IMG/VR virus record: IMGVR_UViG_3300032024_000094
Span: 1-39,893 of that record
DNA: 39,893 nucleotides
Reading direction: 5' to 3' (one strand)
From: a virus
Lineage: Duplodnaviria; Caudoviricetes
In this document: piece by piece, positions 1 through 7,381 of the stretch
Layout of the letters: each line of letters begins with the position of its first letter
Position numbering within the stretch: the stretch's first letter is position 1
Program-made: the position numbers and the translations under genes
The notes under the pieces: model-generated
The model's input: only the letters and a program-made list of their open reading frames with translations
Database searches by the model: none
Told to the model about the DNA's origin: nothing

Positions 1-114
1 GTCCGCGCTACGCAGGGACGCGCCACTCAGGTCCGCCTGCGCACCCTCTGCGCCAGATGCAGCGCACCACTCACGGTGCAGTTGTAGGATCTTGGCTAGC
101 TGTTCGGCGGTCAT
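1..114 (-). CDS. Pentapeptide-repeat protein, N-terminal part (runs off window start)
   Basis: Manual translation from ATG at 114 (ATGA overlap with the upstream stop): MTAEQLAKILQLHREWCAASGAEGAQADLSGASLRSAD. The 'L..IL..H..W....G..ADLSGA.L..AD' pattern is typical of phage pentapeptide-repeat proteins. Not in the ORF track. Confidence 0.8.
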   Translation of the reverse strand, partial: MTAEQLAKILQLHREWCAASGAEGAQADLSGASLRSAD

Positions 115-419
115 TTTGCGTTCCTGCCCCACTGATTGATCGTGGTCGTCACAGTGGTGACACTCACCACCGCGGGCGCACGATTCCTCTGCGAGTGCGA
201 GACGAGCTGCACGTCCGTCCAGCTCTTCAGGCGGTACTGCCCCGAGTCTAGCCGAACGCAGTACATGTCGTGGCGGCGTCCGCCGATTCCGACGACCACG
301 CCCCACTGCCCCTTCGTGGCACCACTCCATACGCGGCAGCGCCGGCCGACGTGCCCCTGCATCGAGCGGATGATCGGGCCCTCTGTGTTTCGGTATGCGT
401 AGACTGCAAACGTGGTCAT
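111..419 (-). CDS. Hypothetical early protein (possible SH3/KOW-like beta domain)
   Basis: Start re-assigned to MTTFAVY at 419, giving ATGA overlaps on both sides; 'VGRRCRVWSGATKGQWGVVVG' is KOW-like. Confidence 0.6.
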   Translation of the reverse strand: MTTFAVYAYRNTEGPIIRSMQGHVGRRCRVWSGATKGQWGVVVGIGGRRHDMYCVRLDSGQYRLKSWTDVQLVSHSQRNRAPAVVSVTTVTTTINQWGRNAK

Positions 420-646
420 TGACTCTCTCCCTCTGCGGCGGTTGCCGCGTGATTGTTTGGCGTGGCTTCGCCGCCGTCGTCGTCTCCCACGACGTGCATG
501 CGCGGCGCGGTGTCTATCTTCATGCGCGCCAGTCCCTCGCGGACGCGGCCAACGTCCCCCGGGCGGCCGATCTTTTTCGCGATGCGCTCGATGGAGCAGC
601 CGGCCCACCACGCTTTGCGAATGCGTTCGTCGGTTTCGTTTGCCAT
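416..646 (-). CDS. Hypothetical early protein, possible helix-turn-helix
   Basis: 76 aa ORF with GGAGG RBS; 'IRKAWWAGCSIERIAKKIGR' is HTH-like; coupled to the downstream gene. Confidence 0.6.
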   Translation of the reverse strand: MANETDERIRKAWWAGCSIERIAKKIGRPGDVGRVREGLARMKIDTAPRMHVVGDDDGGEATPNNHAATAAEGESQ

Positions 647-661
647 TGCTCAGTCCTCCGC

Positions 662-862
662 CTACTCGTCTGCGGGGAGCACGTGGCGCAGCACGCGCCC
701 ACTCGGGCTGCGAACAACGACCGGGCGGCCGGAGCGGTTCGCTTCATGAATTGCTTGGCGGGTGATCCGGCGCCGATTGTCCCAGCGGTTGAAGTAGTGA
801 TCCCATTCAAACATCTGTTCTATCGTGAGCGTGATTTCCGCGTCGGCTGCGTGTTCAGTCAT
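662..862 (-). CDS. Hypothetical early protein
   Basis: 66 aa ORF with GGGGAG RBS; fits the tiled minus-strand gene array. Confidence 0.55.
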   Translation of the reverse strand: MTEHAADAEITLTIEQMFEWDHYFNRWDNRRRITRQAIHEANRSGRPVVVRSPSGRVLRHVLPADE

Positions 863-998
863 CGGCCCGCTCCCCGCCCGCCGAGCAGACGATGAACCCC
901 GCGAATCCCCGAGTCAGCGCGTAATCCGCTGCTTCGTCGGGATCATTGAACCAGCGCGCGATCAGGGGCGTTCCGTGAATGTCGACGACGTAAAACAT
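855..998 (-). CDS. Small hypothetical early protein (47 aa)
   Basis: Manual translation MFYVVDIHGTPLIARWFNDPDEAADYALTRGFAGFIVCSAGGERADD; lies just downstream of a sigma70 promoter, has an AAGGAAG RBS and overlaps the next start. Confidence 0.5.
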   Translation of the reverse strand: MFYVVDIHGTPLIARWFNDPDEAADYALTRGFAGFIVCSAGGERADD

Positions 999-1029
999 GG
1001 CGTGGCTTCCTTTCGATCCCTTGGGGCGG

Positions 1030-1059
1030 ATGGTACCGCCACTGTTTGCCTTTTGTCAA
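1030..1059 (-). promoter_or_regulatory. Host sigma70-type early promoter
   Basis: Minus strand TTGACA-N18-TACCAT in an intergenic gap. Confidence 0.6.
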
Positions 1060-1086
1060 CCCTTGCAGTTTGCCGAGCGTTTCCGC

Positions 1087-1296
1087 CTACTTGACTGAGA
1101 CGATCCGACCATCGCTGACCTTCGCTGTAGCGTACCAGCGATGCGGCGCCGGGAAGTGCGGGCCCTCAAGCGAGATCGTCCCATTCAGCGGCGCGTTTCC
1201 ACCGAAGGGCCCGGGCTGGAAGTAGGTGGGCCGCGCGCCGGCTGCGATGTCGCGCTTGAGGGCCGTCTTTGTCGGGTAATTCTTGCTCGTGTACAT
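1087..1296 (-). CDS. Small hypothetical phage early protein
   Basis: 69 aa ORF with GGGGAG RBS, downstream of a promoter; globular-looking sequence (EGPHFPAPHRWYA). Confidence 0.75.
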   Translation of the reverse strand: MYTSKNYPTKTALKRDIAAGARPTYFQPGPFGGNAPLNGTISLEGPHFPAPHRWYATAKVSDGRIVSVK

Positions 1297-1366
1297 CGTC
1301 TCCCCTTTCGGTGCCGGGCTTGAGACCGGCTTTGCGGTTTACACTGCGGCGTGGCGTCGTATAGTT

Positions 1367-1395
1367 ACCTTAGCGCGTCCGTTCCCATTTGTCAA
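1367..1395 (-). promoter_or_regulatory. Host sigma70-type early promoter
   Basis: Minus strand TTGACA-N17-TAAGGT. Confidence 0.7.
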
Positions 1396-2129
1396 GCGTC
1401 AACGTATCGGGCCCCTGTTCCGTGCGCCCGGATCACCACGGATAGCCCCGCACCGTTGCAGCCTATCGGGCAGGTATCGCAGGTCACACGATGCCCCGCT
1501 TCCTTCGCCGCGGGACATTGCGCCTCCCTCGGCGCCCGGAGCGCGGCGTCGCCCACCACGCGGAACGTGCGCCACCCCGCGGCACGCAGGGTCGCCGCTT
1601 CCTCGGCGCACTCCGTCGATGCCATTACCTGCCCGCGCAGGTAGGCTCCGCAGTCTGCCGCACGGTGGGTGTAGCCTGTGTGACGCGCGGCACCCTCAAT
1701 CAGAGCGCGCCAGACCCCGGCAGACTCCGGCACAGCCCCGGGGTCGCCGTAGGCCCCGATGCGGATTGCGCGACCGGCGAGGAGAATCCGCGCCGCGCTC
1801 GGCCACGCTACAGGGTATCGGCCGCGCTTCCATGCGCGCCAGACCGAAAGCGGGGCTTGGCCTACGTTGACGTAGCATGCGCGCCCCCGCCGCTTGCCAG
1901 TCGGCAAGAGGGCGCCGCGCAGCGGGCACGCCCCGCACACTGAGGCATCGGCGTCGGTACGAAGTGCGGCGATCGGGTCGACGTCGGCGCGCATGATCCA
2001 CGTTTGAACCATTGCACCCGTTTTCCTGTTCGCCGACCCTGCGCCCCGCAGCCCAGTCATGATCACGACTATCGGTGCTCCGTCGATCGCCGACGGCCCG
2101 CGGTAAAGCTCGAATCCATTCGGTTTCAT
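1392..2129 (-). CDS. Cys-rich putative Fe-S / radical-SAM-like phage protein (Gp88-like)
   Basis: 245 aa; motifs NRKTG..VQTWI, SVCGACP..CYV, RIGAYGDP, GYTH, MAS, GWRTFRV, CPA..TCDTC..C, HG, matching a family I recognise from phage early regions. Confidence 0.6.
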   Translation of the reverse strand: MKPNGFELYRGPSAIDGAPIVVIMTGLRGAGSANRKTGAMVQTWIMRADVDPIAALRTDADASVCGACPLRGALLPTGKRRGRACYVNVGQAPLSVWRAWKRGRYPVAWPSAARILLAGRAIRIGAYGDPGAVPESAGVWRALIEGAARHTGYTHRAADCGAYLRGQVMASTECAEEAATLRAAGWRTFRVVGDAALRAPREAQCPAAKEAGHRVTCDTCPIGCNGAGLSVVIRAHGTGARYVDA

Positions 2130-2180
2130 CGTGCAAGTTTCCTCTTATGCTGGTTGCCAGTTGGCAAGCGTGGTTTCTGT

Positions 2181-2621
2181 TTATGAAAACGCTACGTCGC
2201 CGCCTTCCTGCATGGAGTGGTGGGCGTCGTCGCTGACTACCAGCGAATCAAGTACCTCAATTCCAACCAGCTTGCCCACTTCGATTAGACGTCGCGTAAT
2301 GGTGTAGTCTTCCGTGCTCGGCTGTACATCCCCGCTCGGATGGTTATGCGCGACGATTATGGCTTGAGCGCCAGCCACGATCGCCGCACGGAACACTTCG
2401 CGCGGGTGTACGAGAGTCGTGTTCAGGGTGCCGATGGTTATGCGGTCAAGCGCAAGGGCACGGTGCCGCGAGTCCAGTAGGAGCGTAATAAAGTGTTCCC
2501 GAGGCTCGCCCGGACCGATGAATGCTCGGATGATTTCAGCGGCACACTTCGGCGTAAGGCACTTGCGCGCGTCCATCTTAGCGCCCTTGCCGTACGTAAC
2601 TCGGATTTCCCTTACCTGCAT
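2181..2621 (-). CDS. radC: RadC-family JAB domain protein
   Basis: Motifs REHF, GTLNTTLVHPREVF, HNHPSGD..PS.ED, LDSLVV. Confidence 0.92.
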   Translation of the reverse strand: MQVREIRVTYGKGAKMDARKCLTPKCAAEIIRAFIGPGEPREHFITLLLDSRHRALALDRITIGTLNTTLVHPREVFRAAIVAGAQAIIVAHNHPSGDVQPSTEDYTITRRLIEVGKLVGIEVLDSLVVSDDAHHSMQEGGDVAFS

Positions 2622-2663
2622 GGTGCTTTCCTCTTCCTGCGGCCGACGCCGCGGGTTTCGTGG

Positions 2664-2903
2664 TTACTCTCCCCGCAGAATCCGCGCATGATCGAAGAGC
2701 GCCGCCGCCAAGTCCGTTGCGAATGCCCCCGCGCGTAGCAGTCTCGCCATTTCGGAAAACCCAAACGCTTGCGCGGTTTCTGCCGAGACGCGCACACGTG
2801 CGAGGCTGCCGGGCGTCGAAAGGTTGCGCGCGATGTAGTCGCACTCCGCGGCCATTATCTCCTGAACCTGCGCGTCCAGCGAGGGTCGGTATGCTGCGCC
2901 CAT
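2664..2903 (-). CDS. Hypothetical early protein
   Basis: 79 aa ORF tightly tiled between its neighbours. Confidence 0.55.
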   Translation of the reverse strand: MGAAYRPSLDAQVQEIMAAECDYIARNLSTPGSLARVRVSAETAQAFGFSEMARLLRAGAFATDLAAALFDHARILRGE

Positions 2904-2905
2904 GA

Positions 2906-3382
2906 CTACCGCGCCATCGCTTGCAGCTTGGCAGGGTTCTGACGTGCCTTGCGCTCATTCCGCGACCGGCGTGCGGCCGAGCGTACGATTCGCATGCCCC
3001 AAGCCCCCTCTTCGTTCAAGCCTGGGCCGAAACCGTACCCACCGACGGTCTCTACTAGCCACTCCAAAGACTGCCCGACGTAAACGAGAAAAACCCCGGC
3101 GTCTCCGTGTGAGTAGTCGGGATGGCGGAGCGCGTCGAGTTGTTCTTCGCGAGTCTCTCCCGGCGGAGCGTCAATGATGCCGAGGCTAAGGTTGCCTTCC
3201 GTCTTCGTGTGAGCGATCCCGCAGAAACGTGCGGTAGCGTAGGATGCATCGCCTTCCCTACCCTTCATGCGCTTCTCGGTCGCCACGAGATACTCAGCGA
3301 CATAGCTGCCGCCCCAGTGGAGATAGATGCCCGGGTAGATCTTCTCTTTGTCGCAGAAGTGGACTAGTGCGCGATTACCCAT
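2906..3382 (-). CDS. Hypothetical protein, first gene of the early region
   Basis: 158 aa; GGGGAG RBS directly after a sigma70 promoter; MGNRA..IYLHW.G and D.G.F motifs of a type seen in phage early proteins. Confidence 0.8.
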   Translation of the reverse strand: MGNRALVHFCDKEKIYPGIYLHWGGSYVAEYLVATEKRMKGREGDASYATARFCGIAHTKTEGNLSLGIIDAPPGETREEQLDALRHPDYSHGDAGVFLVYVGQSLEWLVETVGGYGFGPGLNEEGAWGMRIVRSAARRSRNERKARQNPAKLQAMAR

Positions 3383-3427
3383 TGTGTGCTCCCCTGTTCT
3401 TACGCGGCACTCTCGCCGCTTGACCCT

Positions 3428-3456
3428 AATCTAGTGTATCGGTTTCCATCTGTCAA
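3428..3456 (-). promoter_or_regulatory. Host sigma70-type major early promoter (T7 A-promoter analogue)
   Basis: Minus strand TTGACA-N17-TAGATT upstream of the first early gene. Confidence 0.75.
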
Positions 3457-3885
3457 GCCTTGAATGGAAATAACTCGAGGGCAAACGAAAAAAGGTAGAG
3501 GCAAACGAAAGGCCGAACATTCTCGGGGCCACGCAGTGGCCCAGCCCGCCCCGCCGCTCCTGCCGTCCACCACGCCCGACCTAGGCCGAACGTGTGCCAC
3601 CATGCAAGCATCCTCGCGCGCCAATCCCTGTTCATTCGCACGCTTGCCCTGCCCTGCCGCCAAACGCCGCATCTGGCGTGCGCCACGATAGGGTATGCAA
3701 GGCACGTCTCGCCCGCCCTGCGTCCCCTCAGCTGGCATCCCCCCACCCCATGGCGGAGACGGTGCCGGCAGGGGGGAAACGCGGCGAAGCGCGGTAGCGT
3801 TGAGGACCACGGAAATTGTTGCCAAAGTGCGAGGGGGACACCGCAGCAGCACTGCCCCCAGTGCTCCACAGTGTCCCCCATTCCC
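3457..3885. other. Non-coding late/early junction, probable genome end or terminal-repeat region
   Basis: Only large gap without a credible CDS; lies between the last late gene and the first early promoter, as the T7 concatemer junction does. Confidence 0.55.
3833..3879 (-). terminator. Long GC-rich hairpin after the last late gene (terminator, processing or packaging hairpin)
   Basis: Minus strand GGGGGACAC-TGTGG-AGCACTG-gggg-CAGTGCT-g-CTGCG-GTGTCCCCC; about 21 bp stem including G:U pairs; no strong U tract. Confidence 0.5.
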
Positions 3886-5739
3886 TCACTGCATCATGCG
3901 CACCGCACGCCGCGTCCGCCCCACGTACGGCGCACAGTCCCCGGTGACCGACGCCTCATACCGGCACTGCGCCGGCAGCTTGTGCATGGTGCCACCGATC
4001 GTGTCTACGTCCGCGCCGATGGCGGGCCAGGGCGAGGAGATGGTCCACCACGAGGGCTTGGAGGTGTAGACGAGCGAGGCGGGGAAGCTGACGCCGGGCC
4101 AGCTCACGGGGCCGGTCGAGCTGGCGACGTTGTTCACGCTGTCCGTGTCGGCGCGCGGAACGAGCCGCAGCAGTCCTTGCACGAGGTTGCGTTCGATCCA
4201 GAAATTCGCATCGCGCGCCGAGTAGCTGGTCTCGTCGTAAGCGAAGGCGCTGAAATTCTTGGCAAAGAGAGATGCTGTGTTCAGCAGTAGCGATCCGTCG
4301 AATTCGATGGGGCCTGTGTCTGGGTCTTGGATTACATGTACGATGCCGAACGAGGCATAGTCCGTGCTTGCGGCAGCCCCGTCGTCGATGTTCCCTCCCG
4401 TAGACACACGATTTCGGTAAGCGAAATTGTTCGACGCCTGCGGTCCCCACCAGTCGTCTGTCATCATCCGGCAATCCATGTCGTTGCCTTCGAGGAGCTG
4501 CGCTGCGACTGCGCCATGCGTGAGCGTTGACGACGCCCGCACGTTGTCGGCTCCGTACGTCACGTTGCAGGCCAGCATCTCAAGCAGCCCATCTACGCCG
4601 GCGACTCTACGGATGTAGTTGTACGCGAACACATTGCCCTGCGAGTTGGCTGTTCTAATCGCCTGCCAATCCTTCACGAGAATGTTGTCGATGATGGCGT
4701 TCTGCACAGACCCAAGGCCCGCGTCGATCGCAGCCTCGTTGTTGTTGTGGTAGTAGCAGCGCTCAACTTTTCCTTGAGCGAACAGATTGCGCGCAGCGTT
4801 TGCGTATTCGAGCCCTTGGTTGTAGAAGTCCGTGATCGTGACCCCGGTGAACCATGAGTCCACAGCCATCGTGATCCTGACGTGCGCGTCGTAGTAGTTG
4901 GCTGCCACCGTGAAGTCGTAGTGCGTGATGGTGAGGTCTTCTACGCCGACTTGCTCGACGGGGGTGAACGGGGTCACCACTTGTTGCGCCCTCGCATCTG
5001 ATGCGCTCTCAATGAGTGGACGGTCCAGCGTGATCGTGCCGGCTCCACTCGAAACACTGCGCGCTGTCACCTTCGCTTGGAAGTAATTACGCATCCGCTG
5101 CGGACTATCCGGGCGGCACGCCGTGCCAATGCCGTAGTTCGCATCGAAGCACGCATCGGTGCGTACCCACTTCCCCGCAGCCGGATCGAAGTCCGCCGTA
5201 TTCGCGACGGTGAGCACTGTAGTGCCAACGGTGAAGCCTGCGGTCCAGTTGACTGCTGTGCCAGAGTTTGAAGCCGAGCAGATTTCAAAGAACGCCGCAC
5301 CGCTCTCGCTTGGAAATATCCCGCAATTAGCGGCCGGCGTGTCGTGCATGAACTTGATCGACGTGTTCGCAGCTCCGCCGCCTCTCAGCACGATCTTCGA
5401 GTCCTGAATGTCGATGATCCCGGTGCCGACGTTGAACACGCACGGTGTCCCGCTGTCACCCGCAAGCAGGATGATCGTGGGCGTCGCCGGGGCCTGCCCT
5501 TCCGCCGTTGCGATGGCGGTCCTAATCTCCGGCCCATCGTCCGTCGCGTTGTCGGCGCAGTCCACGCCCTGTGCCGTGCCGACGTTGATGACTGTCCACG
5601 CGGACGTGTCGGGGATCGTCGGGATGTACCAGTCCGGCACACGCGAGCTGGAGATCGTCAAGTCTCCCAGCGGCGGGGCGGACCAGGCCGGGAGGGCGAG
5701 GAGGAGGGAGAGGGCGAGAGTGTAGAGGGTTCGTCTCAT
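3886..5739 (-). CDS. Signal-peptide-bearing right-handed beta-helix protein (pectate-lyase-like tailspike or depolymerase)
   Basis: 617 aa; signal peptide MRRTLYTLALSLLLALPAWS|A; Pectate_lyase_3-like start (DNATDDGPEIRTAI, IVLRGGG), VGVEDLTI and Asn-ladder repeats (NVFAYN, LLEGN, NNFAYRN). Confidence 0.75.
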   Translation of the reverse strand: MRRTLYTLALSLLLALPAWSAPPLGDLTISSSRVPDWYIPTIPDTSAWTVINVGTAQGVDCADNATDDGPEIRTAIATAEGQAPATPTIILLAGDSGTPCVFNVGTGIIDIQDSKIVLRGGGAANTSIKFMHDTPAANCGIFPSESGAAFFEICSASNSGTAVNWTAGFTVGTTVLTVANTADFDPAAGKWVRTDACFDANYGIGTACRPDSPQRMRNYFQAKVTARSVSSGAGTITLDRPLIESASDARAQQVVTPFTPVEQVGVEDLTITHYDFTVAANYYDAHVRITMAVDSWFTGVTITDFYNQGLEYANAARNLFAQGKVERCYYHNNNEAAIDAGLGSVQNAIIDNILVKDWQAIRTANSQGNVFAYNYIRRVAGVDGLLEMLACNVTYGADNVRASSTLTHGAVAAQLLEGNDMDCRMMTDDWWGPQASNNFAYRNRVSTGGNIDDGAAASTDYASFGIVHVIQDPDTGPIEFDGSLLLNTASLFAKNFSAFAYDETSYSARDANFWIERNLVQGLLRLVPRADTDSVNNVASSTGPVSWPGVSFPASLVYTSKPSWWTISSPWPAIGADVDTIGGTMHKLPAQCRYEASVTGDCAPYVGRTRRAVRMMQ

Positions 5740-7379
5740 GGAATCGGCCTCGCGATGTAGTCGGTGTAGTTCGAGACGCCGGCCGGGCCTTGGATCACCT
5801 GCACGCCATGAGCGACGAGATCGTCCGTCATGTCGTCGATGGTCTGGACGTCGTAGGTGTTCGCGCTCGTGCCAACGAGCACGAGCTTCGCGCCGCGAAT
5901 GATCCCGAGCAGCACCGTGTTCTCATTGACGCCGAGCGTGCCCGGGTCATCGTAGTAGTCGCAGTTGTCGGAGCCGTCGCCGAGCTGCCAGCCGTCGCTG
6001 CGCTGCGTGCCAGTGGCCGCGGAGTAGTCGCACGCGCAGCGCGCCGCACCAGAGCAGGCGTCGTTGTTCCAGTTGCTATCCGACCTCCACCACGCCTTCT
6101 GATCCATGTTCAGCGAGTACGGCACGCCAGCGGCGATGAGTCCGTCCGTCACGGCCTTGAAGCCAACTACGTACTCGCTCCAGCCGTAGCTCGTTGGCTG
6201 CGCGCTCCACGGGGTCCCGCCGCCGATCCTGTAGGCATCGTGCGTGGCATGGCTCGACGTGTTGGTCGCTGCGCCGTCGTAGTGGTCGGTGTCCCAGCCG
6301 TTGCACTTCTTGTCGCCGTCGCCACCGATCCACTGCTCGACGGTGTGGTAGAGCTTGCTATGCGCGCCGTCGAGGTCGTAGGCTTCGCGGCACATGTACT
6401 GCGCTGCCTTCCACGTTAGGTGGAACGAGTGAGCCCACGAACTGACCTGTCCCCAGAGCGCTGCCATACGCGCAATCTGCCACGCCTGATAGCTTGCGTT
6501 CGAGAGGTTCGCGAGGTATCCGCTCGCAAACGTGAAGCGCTTCAGGTACTCGGAACCTGTGACGATCCCGGACTGATGCGGAAGGTAGTGGACCTTCGTC
6601 TGATAGGTCGTTGCGGTTGCGCCAGTGAGCGCGTCGAGATACTTGTCGGGCCGCTGGCAATCCTGCGTGGTGCTCGTGTGCGCATACTCGACGTGGTCTC
6701 CCGAGTAGCAGAAATTATAGCCGCAGCGACCCGCGGCGACGTTCGCGGCGTCGCTACACGCCACGCCCCCGCAGCTATCGTCGCACGTCGTATCACAGCC
6801 GCCGCCGCCCGTCATCGCTTGGCAGACGTAGTCGCTCTCCGTCGAGAAGAACGCAGTCACGTCACTCCACGTGCGGATGGTGTCGACGAGGAACTCCTTC
6901 GTGAACCCGGGCAGCGCGAGCATCGGGTAGGAGACCGTATCGAGCCGATACCAGAGCATCGCTTGGAGTGGTGCGCCGCCACTGCGGCGAAGCGCGTTGA
7001 CCTCGGCTACCCAGTTGCGAATTCCCTCGATCGTGTTGTACCCGCCCGTGGTCCCGGTGCCAGACGGCCAGCAGTCCGGGTCTTCGTCCATCACAGCGCC
7101 GTTCGCATCGGTGGACGGGGACAGCGCCGAGCCCTTCTCGGCGAGCACCGTCGAAACCGCGTTCTCCGCGTCGAGATCGATGAACACGGCCTTGTCGGCG
7201 ATCGTCTGCTGCGAGATGCCCCATACCGGAGGTGTCGAGCATACGGTCCCCGTCTCCATCCCTCGCACGACCCACGGGATGCCGTAGTCGAGGCGCCCGA
7301 ACAGGGAGATCCCGGGGCCGGTGAACGAGACGCCGAGCAGCAGCAGCATCGGCAGCACAAGGAAAAGGAGTTTCCGCAT
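5736..7379 (-). CDS. Signal-peptide-bearing Cys-rich protein, possibly glycoside-hydrolase-like
   Basis: Start re-assigned to MRKLLFLVLPMLLLLG at 7379; 547 aa, 16 Cys, rich in W/Y/D; ATGA overlap with the downstream gene; the GH call is tentative. Confidence 0.65.
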   Translation of the reverse strand: MRKLLFLVLPMLLLLGVSFTGPGISLFGRLDYGIPWVVRGMETGTVCSTPPVWGISQQTIADKAVFIDLDAENAVSTVLAEKGSALSPSTDANGAVMDEDPDCWPSGTGTTGGYNTIEGIRNWVAEVNALRRSGGAPLQAMLWYRLDTVSYPMLALPGFTKEFLVDTIRTWSDVTAFFSTESDYVCQAMTGGGGCDTTCDDSCGGVACSDAANVAAGRCGYNFCYSGDHVEYAHTSTTQDCQRPDKYLDALTGATATTYQTKVHYLPHQSGIVTGSEYLKRFTFASGYLANLSNASYQAWQIARMAALWGQVSSWAHSFHLTWKAAQYMCREAYDLDGAHSKLYHTVEQWIGGDGDKKCNGWDTDHYDGAATNTSSHATHDAYRIGGGTPWSAQPTSYGWSEYVVGFKAVTDGLIAAGVPYSLNMDQKAWWRSDSNWNNDACSGAARCACDYSAATGTQRSDGWQLGDGSDNCDYYDDPGTLGVNENTVLLGIIRGAKLVLVGTSANTYDVQTIDDMTDDLVAHGVQVIQGPAGVSNYTDYIARPIP

Positions 7380-7381
7380 GG

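Noticed and set aside
1361-1374. CTAAGGTAACTAT resembling the phage promoter core AAGGTTACT
   Set aside because: Already explained as the -10 box of a sigma70 promoter, and it lacks the downstream TTGAGGA.
2154-2167. Palindrome TTGCCA-GT-TGGCAA, a possible fourth promoter or operator
   Set aside because: No properly spaced -10 box and only one copy; insufficient support.
3400-3881. Minus-strand ORFs 3400-3852 and 3453-3881
   Set aside because: Arg/Gly/Trp-rich translations with no motifs that run across a hairpin and a promoter; the region is better explained as non-coding.
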